A stretch of DNA of 64,000 nucleotides from an uncultured delta proteobacterium. GTDB taxonomy: Bacteria > Desulfobacterota > Deferrimicrobia > Deferrimicrobiales > Deferrimicrobiaceae. Position numbers and translations under genes: made by a program. Below are positions 1 through 12,600 of the stretch, in pieces (the first letter of the stretch is position 1; each line of letters opens with the position of its first letter). The stretch is from NCBI GenBank assembly GCA_963770975.1, contig CAVYRM010000008.1, forward strand, positions 79,858 to 143,857, in the 5' to 3' direction. Below the pieces are notes generated by a model. It was not told the DNA's origin. It saw only the letters and a program-made list of their open reading frames with translations, and did not search any database.

Positions 1-1765
1 CCCGTCACCACGGTTCGGGAGACATCCACCTCGACCCTCTACTGGAGGCCTGACCTGTTCCCCGACCTCCGGCTGCAATATTCCCGGGATCATCTGTACG
101 ACAAGGAGCGGTTGAGCCAGGACACCGTGACCGACCTGTACCAGGCCACGTCCAATTACAAGCCGACGGGCGCCTTGACCCTCTACTACCAGGGGACCCT
201 GCGTCAAACCGATTTGCGGCTCTCCGATACCACCACGAAGGAACTGACCAACAACGGGCGGGTGAACTATTCCAACAACTGGTGGCGCCGACGGATCACC
301 CTCGGTATGGATTACAACGTCACCAACCAGGTGCTGGAGACGGAAACCACCGGCAACGGCGAAGTGGAACTGCGGGTCTTCCCGTTCTCCGGGCTGTCGA
401 CGACGAGCGACACCCCGGAGAACGTCGCCCTCTTGCCGAACCCTTCCCTGATCGACGGGGATCTCACGGCGGGCACCGGAATCAACCTGGGGCTCCCGCC
501 GCCCGGGGGCGACGCGCGGTTGAGGAACATCGGGCTGGACTTCCTCGTGGCAACCGAAACCAACACCTTCTTCGTGTCGGTCGACCGGGACGTGGCGCAG
601 GTCGCCGACTCCTTCTCCTGGCGGATCTACACGAGCGACGACAACCAGAACTGGGTCCTTCGCCAGACCGTGTCCCCCGCGATCTACAGCCCCACGTTCA
701 ACCGGTTCGAAATCCGCATCGCGAACGTCAACGCCCGGTATGTGAAGGTCGTGACCGCCCCGCTTTCCCCGGTGGTCCCCTTCGCTTCCAGCTTCCCGAC
801 CATCCAGGTGACGGAGCTGCAGGCCGAGATCCGGCGTCCCGCCTCCGAAGTGGCCGGGAAACTGACGACGACTTCCCAGAACGGCACCCTGGATTTCCGC
901 ACGGTGCTGCTGGAGCCCGTCAACCTGACCTACGAATTCACCTACGTCTTCACGAAAAGGGACCCCGGGGATCTGCAGTATACGATGTCCAACGGGTTGT
1001 CGTTTTTCCGGCAGTTCAACAGGGTGTTTTCCGGAAGGGGAAGGGTGGCGTACGAAAACGGGGAGGAACAGGCGGGTCACCGCGATGCGATCGTGTATAC
1101 CGCATCGGTGTCGGCGGTCCCTTTCCAGACCCTGTACCAGTCCCTCACCCTCAGCGGGAAGGAAGAGACCGTCGCCGGGAAAAAGGACAGCAACGTATCG
1201 ATATTGTTGTATAATATCGCTAAGTTATACGAAGGGATCGACGCGAACCTCGGGGGCGGGCTCACTTTCCAGGAAGACGCCACGGGGAAGAAGACACGGA
1301 ACGCCCAGGTGAACGGGGGAGCGACGTTCGTGCCGAACCGGAAGGTGAACCTGACCCTCCTGTACAACGGGACCACCACCGACACGTCGGGGGGGGACCG
1401 ACCGGTGGAAAAAACGGATTATACCCGTGCCGGGGAGGCCGACCTGGCGATCACCCCGGTACAGACCGTGTACCTGTTCGGATCCTACCGGATCGAGAAG
1501 TCCACCACGACTCCGAGCCGGAACATCCTGAACTACAGCCTCAACTGGTCCCCGTTCCCGGACGGAACGCTGCACCTGACGTTCTACTACAACGAAACGA
1601 TCCGGTCGGATGAATCGAAGGAGAAGGTCGATCGTTCCCAACCTGCGGTGGTACTTCACCCAGAGGTCGTACCTGAACCTTTCCTATCAGAACCTGAAAT
1701 CCGAAACCCCCGCGCTGACGACCACCTCGAACGTGTACAGCGGAACGGTGCGGATTACCTTCTGA
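1..1765 (+). CDS. Outer-membrane beta-barrel protein, 5' partial, with an internal discoidin (F5/8 type C)-like domain. One frame change lies between about 1580 and 1640.
   Basis: Frame 1 is open from base 1 (PVTTVRETSTSTLYW...). It has repeated amphipathic strand-like segments. The middle segment NPSLIDGDLTAGTGINLG...FSWRIYTSDDNQNWVL...ARYVKVV looks discoidin-like. After about 1630 the sense continues in frame 2 as IVPNLRWYFTQRSYLNLSYQNLKSE...YSGTVRITF, ending in the terminal Phe typical of OMPs (stop 1763-1765). Confidence 0.5.
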
Positions 1766-1809
1766 AGGAGCGGAAAGAGGGGTGGCGATGTGATCGGAGG
1801 AATCGGAAG

Positions 1810-2391
1810 ATGAGGAAAAATACGACAGTACGCCTCGGGATGGTGATTCTTCTCATCCTGGTTTCCACCGGGTGCGCCACCACCTCCAAGGTCGTCTATC
1901 GGGATCCGAACATGGATTTCGGGGCGATCCAGACCGTTGCGGTCATGCCGTTCAACAACCTGACGAGGGAAAACATCGCCGGGGAAAGGGTCCGGGACGT
2001 CTTCATGACGATGTTGCAGGCGACCGGGGGCGTGTACGTGATCCCTCCCGGCGAGGTGGCGCGGGGGATCGCGCGGCTCGGCCTCGAGCGCCCTGCATCG
2101 CCCACGCCGGAGGAAGTGACCAAGTTCGCGAAGATCGTGACGACGGACGCCGTGTTCACCGGGACCGTCAGGGAGTACGGGGAGGTCCGGTCCGGAACCT
2201 CCACGGCGAACGTGGTCTCCGTGAGCCTGCAGATGATGGAGGCGCAGACGGGGAGGGTGGTGTGGAGCGCATCCTCCACGCAGGGCGGGGTCACGACTTC
2301 GGACCGCCTGTTCGGCGGGGGCGGGGAGCCGATGAACGCGACGACGCAGAAGGCGGTCGATGACCTCATCGATAAGCTTTTCGGGAAATAG
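1810..2391 (+). CDS. Lipoprotein of the TolB-N-terminal-like fold group (PelC / LpoB / DUF799-like).
   Basis: MRKNTTVRLGMVILLILVSTGC is a lipobox signal peptide. It is followed by IQTVAVMPFNNLTRE...VFTGTVREYGE...VSVSLQMMEAQTGRVVWS, the pattern typical of this lipoprotein family. The ORF track fuses it to the upstream OMP only because of read-through in frame 1. Confidence 0.6.
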   Translation: MRKNTTVRLGMVILLILVSTGCATTSKVVYRDPNMDFGAIQTVAVMPFNNLTRENIAGERVRDVFMTMLQATGGVYVIPPGEVARGIARLGLERPASPTPEEVTKFAKIVTTDAVFTGTVREYGEVRSGTSTANVVSVSLQMMEAQTGRVVWSASSTQGGVTTSDRLFGGGGEPMNATTQKAVDDLIDKLFGK

Positions 2392-3574
2392 ATATTTCCT
2401 CGCATCCGGATTTTTCGCCCTGGCGTTATCGATCGGGACCGCGACGGAGAGCGGGGGATCGGCGGAATACGCGGATCGATCCGTCCGCCGGCATGAATTC
2501 CCTGATCGCCGTGATGCCGGTGGAAAACCTCACCGGGATGCCCGTCGCGGTCCAGCGGGTGAGGAGATCGCTGGTCCAGGACCTGAAACGGAAAGGGCCT
2601 CAACATCCTGGGAGAGGATGCCTGGAGAAATTCCTGGAGAGGCACCGGATCCGGTATACCGGCGGACTGAACCGGGAACTCGGGGAGGCGCTGCGCGAGG
2701 AAACGGGGACGAACGCCGTCCTGTTCCCGACCCTCGAATTGTTCGACGATGCGGTCCCGCCGAAAACCGCCCTGGTCGCAACGGCTGATATCGACCCACG
2801 GGAACGCGGACATCCTGTGGATGGACAGCACGGCGTTGGCCGGAAACGACGCCCCGGGATTTCTGCTCCTGGGCCTGATCAACGATCCCGCCGTGCTGTG
2901 GGAAAAGGCAAAGAGGCAGGTGACGAAGTCCTTGCTCGGCGTACCTTTCCGGGAAACCGGCGCAGGACACGCAAAAGGTCGAAAAGAGATTCCTGCCGAA
3001 AAGTTTCCATGGCGTGCCTCCCAAGGTTCCGGCGGGCAAGGAAACGCTCTCCATCGCCGTCCTGCCGTTCCGGAACGAAAGCACCCGGAGAAACGCCGGG
3101 GAAATCATGGCGCTGCATTTCATCCGGGAACTCTCCAGGCACGGGAAATATCCGACGTGGTGGAACCCGGAGAGGTGCGGCAGGCGCTCCTGCGGTCGAG
3201 GACGATCATGGAGGGGGGGCTTTCCCTTCCACAGGCGGACATCCTGCACGCCGCCCTCGGAGTGGATCTCGTCCTCACCGGCATCGTGACGGAATACCAG
3301 GACAACATCGGCGGGATCGGAAAGCCCCAAGGTGGAGTTTTCCGCCCGGGTGTTCGACATGAAGACGCGGCAGATCGTGTGGACTTCCGCCAGTTACAAC
3401 GAGGGGGACGACGGGGTGTTCTTCTTCAACCTCGGAAAGGTCAATACGGCGCATCGGAATGGCGTCGGGGATGGTCCGTTCCTCGGTGCGAAAAATGGAA
3501 GCTGCCTTCCGGCCAAGCGCGGGACCATCTTGCGTCGGCAAATCGGTCCGATGTGCGGAAATAATAACGCTTGA
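2360..3574 (+). CDS. Two-domain lipoprotein made of two copies of the same PelC/LpoB/DUF799-like module. At least four frame changes; the C-terminus is uncertain.
   Basis: The signal-like N-terminus is RYFLASGFFALALSIGTA. Module 1 is IAVMPVENLTGMPV...NAVLFPTLELFDD...ILWMDSTALAG. Module 2 is LSIAVLPFRNESTRRNAGEIMALHFIRELS...LVLTGIVTEYQDN...MEFSARVFDMKTRQIVWTSASYNEGDD. The sense jumps between the ORFs at 2360, 2493, 2749, 3014 and 3332. Confidence 0.45.
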
Positions 3575-3599
3575 CCGGGCGAAGGGTGCACTATATACA
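3571..3599 (+). promoter_or_regulatory. Candidate sigma-70 promoter for the PPIase/cytochrome operon.
   Basis: TTGACC (3571-3576), a 17-nt spacer, then TATACA (3594-3599). It sits in the only AT-rich stretch between two genes. Confidence 0.3.
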
Positions 3600-3680
3600 G
3601 TATGCATATAAATAATGGTTCCTTTTATTCCGTGGGATCTCCTTTAAAACCGATTGGTTACGAAACATGAAAGGAACAGC

Positions 3681-5386
3681 ATGAGCGAAAGCCGCCTTGT
3701 ACGTTATCGCGTTGATCGTTGCATTCTCGCTCTTCCCTCCCCGTCGGATACGCATCTCCCGCCCGGGCGGATCTTCCCCTGGTGGGTGGCAAACCGGCGC
3801 TTGCCAGGATCAACGGGGAACCCCTCATGCTGGAGGAATTCGAGCGGGCGCTCGCCGGGATCCACGCGGGGATGGCGGACAATACCCAGCGATCCATGCC
3901 GCACCCTTCCCAATTGCTGGATCGGCTGATCAACGCCAAGCTGGTTCTCCAGGAAGCGCGCAATATCGGGCTCGACGAATTGCCGGAAGTCCAAAGCGCG
4001 GAGAAGGCCTTCGAAGAGGATACGCTTCGGGGGATGCTGTACGGCTACCACGTGCGGAATATCCTGAAACCCGATCCGAAAGAGGTGGAAAAACGGTACC
4101 GGGAAGCGGTGAAAGAGGTGAAGGTGATCTCCGTTCTCTTCGACAAGGAAGAGGACGCGAAACGGCTGGAGGCCGAGTCAAGGCGGGGGGGAAATTCGAG
4201 GTGCTGGCGAAAAAAAGGATCGATTTCCGGAGAGGCGAAGGGAAGCGTCGAAGGGCAATACCTGAAATTCGATTCCTTGAGCCCCGAGGTCGCAAGGCGG
4301 TACTTCCCATGAAGAAGGGGGAAGTCAGCCCGTTGATCCGGATCGGGAAACAGTTCTCCCTGCTGAAGCTGGAGGCCATCCGGTATCCGAAGGACAACGC
4401 CGCCCGGGAACAGGCCGAAAAAGAGGCGTTGCAGGCGAAAAGGGTCGTCGCTCTGAAGGCGTATACCGACGGGCTGCGGAAGAAGTACGTCAAGGTCGAC
4501 CGGAAGCTTTTCGACACGATCGACTACGAAGCGGCGGAGCCCGGGTTCGAGAAACTCCGGGAGGATCGACGCGTCGTGGCCGACCGTGAAGGGGGAAACG
4601 CCGGTCACCGTGGGGGACCTGACGGTGGCCCTCGAGAAGAAGTTCTTCCACGGCGCGGAACGGGCCGCCGGGGAGAAGAAGATCAACCGGAAGAAGGACC
4701 AGGTGCTCGAGGAGATCCTGAACAAGCGGGTCACCATCAAGGAAGCGAAAATCCAGAAGCTCGACCGCACGGAATATTTCAAGGTGAAGACGGCGGAAAA
4801 CCGGAACGGCGTCCTGTTCGGGGCGTTCGTGCAGAAGGTGATCGTCCCGGACGTCAAGGTCGGCGAGGAAGAGTTGAAGTCTTATTACCAGGCGCACATC
4901 GGCGACTACACGTTTCCGGAAATGGTGCGGATCGACAGCCTGGTGTTTTCCGACCAGGGAGAACGCGGAAGACGGCGATCGGTGAAGTTGCGCGGAGGGG
5001 CGGATTTCCAGTGGCTCCGGGCGAACGCGGACGGCCAGGTCGACCCGGCGAAGGGGGAAAACCTGCTGGAGTTCGGCGGGCAGCTGCTGGACACGACCAC
5101 CCTGCCCGAGGGAGTCCGGAAGGCGATCTCCGGGGCGGCGGCGGGAGATTACCGTCTATACGCGGATCCGGGCGACGCATACTACGTTCTGGTGCTCCTG
5201 GAACGGATTCCTTCCCGGCCCATCCCCCTGGAATCGGTGAAGGGGGAAATGGAAAAGAAGGTCTTTTCCGAAAAGCTCGAGCGTGTGTTGCGGGACTGGG
5301 AAGAGAAGCTCCGGAAAGCTTCGGACGTGAAAATCTACGCCACGGGCGAGAAACTGGACCGGATCGTCAATCCCGGGGCCAGGTAA
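3681..5386 (+). CDS. Periplasmic SurA/PpiD-like chaperone with a parvulin (PpiC-type) PPIase domain. At least four frame changes.
   Basis: The signal peptide is YVIALIVAFSLF. Then ALARINGEPLMLEEFERAL...LLDRLINAKLVLQEARNIG, a parvulin-like core KAGGKFEVLAKK...GEVSPLIRIGKQFSLLKLE, and a second half ending GDYRLYADPGDAYYVLVLLERIPSRPIPLESVKGEMEKKV. The shifts sit at a G-run near 4180, an A-run near 4210, near 4295 and near 4580. Confidence 0.6.
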
Positions 5387-5413
5387 CTTTTAACCATCGA
5401 TTCGGGAGACCGT

Positions 5414-7412
5414 ATGCCGACCATCCCCTTGAAGCGCACTTTCGTGTTCATTCGGCGTGATCCTCGCTCTTGCGGGAGCGGCCTTCCTCGCTTCCCGCGG
5501 ATCTTCCTGGGCCGAGCCGCGCAAGTTTGAACGGAAGGGATGCCTCGATTGCCACAAGAAGTTTTCGGAAAAATACCTTTCCCTGAAGGCGCTGCACCCC
5601 GGCATGAAGGAGGGGAAGTGCGAGGATTGCCATCTCCGGCACGGCATCGTTCCCAAGCTCCTCCTGAAAAAAGACGGGAACGAACTGTGCTACTCCTGCC
5701 ATGCCAGGGAGAAGATCGGGCTGAACCAGCCGAACGTGCACACGGTCCTGAAGACGGGGAAGTGCACCTCCTGCCATAACCCGCACGGCTCCCAGGGGAG
5801 CCACCTGCTGAAGGCGGAAGGGCCGGAGGCGTGCTACCAGTGCCACAAGAAAGAGGCGTATCAGCGGAAGGTGGTCCACGCGGTTCTCCAGAAGGACGGG
5901 TGCCGGGTATGCCACAACCCCCACAGTTCCACCGAGCCCGACCTGCTCGTCAAGGCGAAAACGCCCCTTGTGCCTCTCCTGCCACGATCCCGGCAAGGGG
6001 TCCTTCAGGAAAGCGCACGGGAATTACCCCGTGGAATCCAAATCGTGCACCGGGTGCCACGACCCGCACTCCTCCTCACAGAAGATGCTCCTGAAGGCGA
6101 GCGCGCACAATCCCGTGCTGGAAAAAAGCTGCGACGCGTGCCACCCGTCGCCCGACTCCAAGACGCCCTTCGCGGCGTCGGAGAAGGGAGGGAAGCTCTG
6201 CTACCAGTGCCACGACGAAGCCAAGCTGAAGGCGGGGGGACGGTTCTCCACAACCCGTTCGGAGGCGGGGAATGCCTCTCCTGCCACGATCCTCATGCAT
6301 CGCCGAACCCGAATCTCCTGGCAAGGAAGGGGAACGGACTCTGCCTCGAATGCCACGGGGAGCAGGGAAAGCCGGTGGCGAAGGGGCACGCGGCGGTGAC
6401 GAAGGGGAAAGGGTGTCTCTCCTGCCACAAGCCGCATGCCGCCGTGAACAAGGGGCTCCTCGTCGCGAAAGACGCGGAACTCTGCTACACCTGCCATGCG
6501 AAGGTGAAGGCGAGCCTGAAATCGAAAACGCAGCATGTACCGTTTTCCAAGGGGGAATGCTCCTCCTGCCACAACCCCCACGGGTCCGATCTCCCGGGGA
6601 TCTTGAAGGACCGGGAGGACAAGGTCTGCTACGCCTGCCACGCGGACGCGGAATCGGGTTTCGTCAAGAAAACCATCCACAAGCCGGTCCTCTCGGGGAA
6701 CTGCGGCGCGTGCCACGCGGCGCACGGTTCGGACGAGGGGAAGCTTCTGAAGAAAGCGGGCGCGTCCCTGTGCGCCGATTGCCACAAGGACCTGATGAAG
6801 GAAGTGACCGGCGGCGTCCGCCACGACCCGTTCAAGGGGGGCGAGTGCCTGACGTGCCATAACGCCCACGCGTCCGATTTCGGGGGAATGCTCGTCGCGA
6901 AGCAGGACAAGGTCTGCTTCGAGTGCCACTCCGAACTGAAGGACGGGTTGAAAGGCGGAAAGAGCCGCCATGCCCCGGTTTCGGGAGGGGAGTGCACGAA
7001 GTGCCACAGCCCCCACCAGTCGAAGCTGAACAAGCTTCTGCTGGCGCAGGGACCGGACCTCTGCCTCACCTGCCACAAGGATCTCAAGGAGAAGATGCAG
7101 AAGGAGAAGACGCACTCGCCCGCGGGGCGCGATTGCCTGCGGTGCCACGGCCCCCATTTCACGGCGCAGGGGAACCTCCTGGCCAAGCCCGTGCAGGCGC
7201 TATGCTCCGAATGCCACAACGTGAAGGACGCGTCCTTCGGCAAGGCGCACTTCAACATCGACCCGGCGGTGATGAACTGCATCAGCTGCCACACGCCCCA
7301 CGCATCGAAGGATCCGAAATTCTTCAAGGAAAAAGTGCACGCACCGTTTGCCGGGCGGTCCTGCGAGGATTGCCACCTACCAGCACCAGCGATGACAGGG
7401 GATAAAACATGA
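5414..7412 (+). CDS. 26-heme c-type cytochrome built from tandem doubled-CXXCH units. Two compensating frame changes lie near 5960 and 6240, and possibly one in the signal peptide.
   Basis: I counted 26 CxxCH motifs: 6 in frame A (5457-5965), 4 in the 5968 frame (CLSCH, CTGCH, CDACH, CYQCH) and 16 back in frame A. The recurring unit is LCxxCH...H.P...G.CxxCH.PH.S....LL. ATG 5414 with a GGGAG ribosome-binding site gives the signal peptide. The stop overlaps the next start (ATGA at 7409-7412). Confidence 0.8.
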
Positions 7413-8682
7413 CGCTTCGAACCAAGACCGCTCTGGTCCTCCTCGCGATCGTTTCCACGATGGCGGTTTCCTTGTCGCACGCCCAGGACAAGTTCCGCCT
7501 GAAGCCCGGGGCGAAGGGGAAGGTCTGCCTTACCTGCCACGAGTCGTTCAAGGAGAAGCTGAAGCTGCCGTTCGTCCACACGCCGGTCAAGGCGGGGGAC
7601 TGTTCGGACTGCCACAACCCGCACACCTCCTCCTACGGGAAGCTCCTCGCGGAGAACGTGAACCGGATCTGCTTCTCGTGCCACGGCGGGATCGTGCCGG
7701 CGAAGGCGCGAAGCGCCCACAAGGTGGTCGCGGAAGGGAACTGCGTGAAGTGCCACGATCCGCACGCCGCGAAAAACAGGAACAACCTGCTTGCCGCCGG
7801 GAACGAGCTCTGTTTCGGCTGCCACCAGCGCATCGCCAAGGAGGTCGCGGGGAACAAGTTCAAGCACAGCCCCGTGGAGAAAGGGTGCCTCAACTGCCAC
7901 ACTCCGCACGGTTCCGCGAAAACGCTTTCCCTGCTGAAAACCGACGTCCCGGGCATCTGCGTGGCGTGCCACAAGCCGGACGCCCCCGCGTTCGGGAAGG
8001 CGCACATGGGATACCCGGTGGCGAAGTCGAACTGCACCTCCTGCCACGACCCCCACGGTCGGCAACAGCCGGGGCATTCTCTGGGGGAAGCCGCACCAGC
8101 CCGTCGCGAACAAGATGTGCAACCAGTGCCACCTGGATCCGTCCTCCCCGGACGCGCTGAAAACCCGCAAGGCGGGGTACGAGCTCTGCCGCGGCTGCCA
8201 CAATGCCAAGATGAACGAAATCCTGGGCAGGAAGCGGATTCACTGGCCCGTGGTGGACAAGAGCGTCGTGCCAGAACTGCCACCGTCCGCACGCCTCCCG
8301 GGAGAACGCCCTGCTGAAGGAGCCGCAGCTTCCGCTCTGCGGCGAGTGCCACCAGGACACCATCGAGCGGTTGGAAAAATCCGCGGTGAAGCACAAGCCG
8401 GCCCAGGAGGGGAACTGCACGAAGTGCCACATGCCGCACTCCTCGAACAACGTCCTCCTGCTCGATAACACGAGCCCGATCAATCTGTGCGGCACCTGCC
8501 ACGACTGGCAGAAGCATTCCTCCCATCCGATCGGCGAGAAGGTGATCGACAAGCGGAACCGGAACCTCACCATGGACTGCAGCAGCTGCCACGCCCCGCA
8601 CGGGTCCGATCAGAAGCGGTTCACCTGGTACGACGTCAAGATGGACCTTTGCGTGCAATGCCACGAACAATACAAGAGGTGA
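7409..8682 (+). CDS. 16-heme c-type cytochrome of the doubled-CXXCH type. About three frame changes.
   Basis: The signal peptide is MTLRTKTALVLLAIVSTMAVSLSHA. There are 16 CxxCH motifs across the ORFs at 7409, 8115 and 8371, plus a short segment CQNCHRPHASRENALLKEPQLPLCGECH read near 8270-8340. It ends in ...CVQCHEQYKR. Confidence 0.75.
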
Positions 8683-8686
8683 CCCG

Positions 8687-9592
8687 ATGCGCCGCGTCCT
8701 GAAATATGTCCTCCTCGCTTCGATGAGCCTTGCGGCCGCCGGCGGCTCCCATGCGGCCGAGCAGGTCAAGTTCAAGCAGATGGCCCCGATCTACGTGGAC
8801 GGGAAAGGGGCGGGGATCCGGCAGCCGGAAGGCGTCGCCTGCCGGGGGAACGCCCTTGTGGTGGCCGACACGGGGAACGGCCGGCTCCTGCGGTACACGA
8901 TCGCCGGGGAAACATGGACGCCCGGCGGGGAAATCGTCCTGCCCCAGCTGACGTCCCCGATTCGCGTGGACGTCAATTCGAAGGGGGAGATCTTCGCGCT
9001 GGACGGGACACTCCCGCAAGATCGTGCGGATCGCCCCGTCCGGCGACTTCCTGGGGTACGTCGCGCCTGCGGGGGAGGTACAGGGGGCCATCGTGCCGCG
9101 AAGCCTCCGGTTCGACGGGCAGGACAACTTGTACCTGCTCGACGTCCTCTCCGCCCGGATCCTCGTGTTGGACCCGTCCGGAAAGGTTCAGCGGGAGATT
9201 CCCTTTCCGAAGGGATACGGCTTTCTCTCGGACCTCGCCGTGGATGCGGGCGGGAACGTCTATCTGCTGGACAGCGTCCGGAAGAGGGTGCTACAAGGTG
9301 GCGAAAAACTCTGCCGAAGCGGCTCCGCTGACGGGAAGTCTGAAGGAAGAAGCGTATTTCCCCACTCTCCATCGCCACGGACAAACAGGGAACGATCTTC
9401 CTGGTCGACCAGAACGGCAGCGGGGTCGTCATCCTCGGGCCGGACGGCTCTTTCCGCGGGCGTCGCTTGAGCATGGGATGGAAGGAAGGGTTCCTGAGAT
9501 ACCCGGCGCAGATGTGCATCACGGAGAACGGCACCGCGTTCATCGCGGACCGGGGGAACAACCGGGTCGACGGCTTCCTGATCACGGAATAA
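8687..9592 (+). CDS. Secreted NHL-repeat beta-propeller protein. About three frame changes.
   Basis: The signal peptide is MRRVLKYVLLASMSLAAAGGSHA. The NHL-like repeats are GIRQPEGVACRGNALVVADTGNGRLLRY, IRVDVNSKGEIFALDG, LRFDGQDNLYLLDVLSARILVLD, LAVDAGGNVYLLDSV, DKQGTIFLVDQNGSGVVILG and ITENGTAFIADRGNNRVDGF. The stop is at 9590-9592. Confidence 0.65.
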
Positions 9593-9611
9593 CCGCGGAA
9601 GCGCGCTACCC

Positions 9612-12600
9612 GTGATCCCGTTCCTGTACCTGCTGTTCTTCCTGTCGGGCGCCGCCGCGTTGGCCTATCAGGTGGTGTGGGTCCGCTCCCTGCAACTCGT
9701 CTTCGGCGGTTCCCATTTTGCGGTAACGGCAGTCCTCTCCGTGTTCATGGCGGGCCTTGCGCTGGGAAGCCATCTCCTCGGGAAACGTGTCGACACTCTC
9801 CGAAGACCGCTGCGGCTATACGGCATCCTCGAGATCGGGATCGCCGTCTTCGCCGTTCTCTTTCTTCTCCTGACGAAATTTTATCCTTACCTTTACGTTC
9901 CCCTGTGCCCGTGTGGCGGAAGAAAACACCCTGTACCTGTCGTTTCTCCGCGTCATGTTCGCCGTGGTCGCGATGATCGTCCCCACCACGCTGATGGGGG
10001 GGACCCTGCCCGTATTGACGAAGTTCGCTTCGGAGCATTCCCGGGAGGCCGGGGAGCACGTTTCCTTCCTGTACGGGTTCAATACCCTGGGAGCCGTGGC
10101 CGGCACGCTGCTGGCCGGATTCGTCCTGCTGCCGCGATTTTCCGTCATCGGCACATCCGCCATCGCGATCGCCACGAACGCTTTTATCGGTCTCGCATCC
10201 ATCGCCCTTGCGCAAAGACGGGTTTTTTCGGAGGTTGAGGGTGCGGGATCTCCCCGGATCACCGGCTCGTCGCGAGGGAAAGCAACCAGGATAACCGCGC
10301 CAGAGAGTCCGCGGTTCCATCCGTTTCCGTCGAGCTGGTCCTCTGGGGGATCGGAATCAGCGGTTTCTGCGCCTTGGGGTACGAGGTTCTCTGGACCCGG
10401 GTCCTTTCGATGGTCGTCGGCGCCAGCGTATACAGTTTCACCGTCATGCTGGTGTCCTTTCTCACGGGAATCGCGCTCGGGAGCAAGGCGTTCGGCTTTT
10501 TCATAAGGAGGTTCCCGGGAGCGTGCGGGACGCCGGGAAGGGCGGTTCTGTTTTTCGGGGCCGTGCAGGTGCTCATCGGCCTCACCGCCCTGGTCGTTAC
10601 GTATTTCATCCGGGACCTTCCTTCCCACGCCATCCGGATCCAGAACTACCTGCTTGGAACCGGCATCAGCGAGTTCGAGGTCCGGCAGGGGGCGAACTTC
10701 GCGGTCGCCTTCTCCCACATGTTCATCCCGGCATTCTTCATGGGGGTGGCGTTTCCGCTGGCCGGAAAGATCCGTGTCGATGGCCGGAGGTCGGCCGGAG
10801 AGGCCATCGGGGAGGTTTCGGCGTATAACACGATCGGCGCGATCCTGGGTGCCGCCTTCAGCGGGTTCTTTTTGATCTACCTGTTCGGCATCGAGCGGTC
10901 GCTGCAATTCCTTGCCCTGATCAATGTGGGGGCAGGGATCCTGATCGCCGCCAGCGCGTGGAAGCGCCCGGTGGTGACGTGGGGGATCGCGGGGGCCACG
11001 GCCGCCGTCATCGCGATGCTGGCGCTTCACCCGGGTCTTTGGAGGATGTGGGACCTGAAATATTTCGCCATCTACCGCAACAACACGCGGGAAGCATTCA
11101 ACACGGCCTTCAACATGAAGGATGCGATGGAAAACACCGACGTGCTTTATTACGCCGAAGGCGTGCAGGCGACGGTGAGCGCGATCAAGGTGAAGGGCGG
11201 CTCCCAGGCGTTCATCACCAACGGGCGAATCGAGGCCTCGAACCAGAAGGAAGGGATCCAGTGCCAATACACCCTGGGCCACCTTCCCATGCTTCTGAAC
11301 AAAAACCCGAGGAAAGTGTTCGTGCTGGGCACGGGAAGCGGGATGACCCTCGGGGCGACTTCCGTGCACCCGAGCGTGGAAGAGATCGTCCTTGCGGAGA
11401 TCGAGCCGAAAGTCCTGGGAGTGGCGAGGACGTTTTCAAGGTACAACCACGATGTGCTCGACAATCCGAAGCTGCGGATCGTCTTCAACGACGGGCGAAA
11501 TTACCTGATGACCACGAAAAAGAAGTTCGACGTCATCACGGCGGACCCGATCCATCCCTGGTTCAGCGGCGCGGGCTATCTCTATACCGCGGAGTATTTC
11601 CGGCTGGCCGCGGAGCATCTCAACCCCGGCGGGATCGCCTGCCAGTGGCTTCCGATCTACGAATTGAGCGTGGACGACCTGAAATGCGTCGTGAAAACAT
11701 TCTCGGAGAATTTTCGATACACCATGCTCTGGCTGACCCGGAACGATGCGGAACTTGTGGGGAGCAACGATCCGATCGTCATCGACGAGGAGGAACTGGA
11801 ACGGCGTATCGCGGCGCCGGGAGTCTTCGACGATCTGAAGAGCGTCGACATGGGATCGGCGGATGATTTCCTCGCCTATTTCGTCATGGGAACGAAGGGA
11901 ATGAAAGAGTTCGGAGCGGGGGGAGTGATCAATACCGACGACAACCTGCATCTCGAATTTTCCGCCCCGATGTCCATGGATGTTCCCACCCAGGGGAGAG
12001 AACGCGCGACGCCCTGTACCGGTACCGGGAATCCCTGCTGCCTTACCTGCTTCCTGCAACGGGGATTGCCGCACGGAACGCCCAGATCGAACGGACCGAA
12101 CGGAATTTCCGGGCAGGCGAGAACATACGCCCTGGCGCATGTCCTGTTCCTGAGCGGTGGATCTGGAACCCCTGAATTTGCCAGAGATCATGGGAGAACT
12201 GGAACGCGACGTATCCGGAATATGCCCCCGTACAAGTTCCTGAAGGGCGAGGTTCGGGATCTGGTGGCAATGACCCCGACACTGATCCGTGCGGAGAAAT
12301 TTCATGATGCTGAACGATTCGGGCAGCAGCGTGGTCGTGGAAATCTCCGCGGTGAAGGTGCGCATCGGGGAGGAGAGGACGGCGGTGGTCTTCGTGGACA
12401 ATCGGACCCGGACGATATACGGACAGAAGTATATCGATGCGAAAAAGGAAGATCTTGGAGGAGGGAGTCCGGCGATATGCAGAGGATGTCTTGTCGAGTC
12501 TGAAGAGTACTTACCGGAGAGAAGCAGCCCTCGCGGTGCGTGATGGGAGGAAATATCCCTCTTGCGGAACACCACATTACGGAAAATCAAGTGAAATCAT

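Noticed and set aside
5457-8682. Regular recurrence of TGCCAC-containing units every 55-70 nt, which could look like a repeat array or CRISPR-like periodicity.
   Set aside because: The periodicity is the coding repeat of CxxCH diheme units. The units are not identical at the DNA level, there are no conserved direct repeats with unique spacers, and no cas genes are present.
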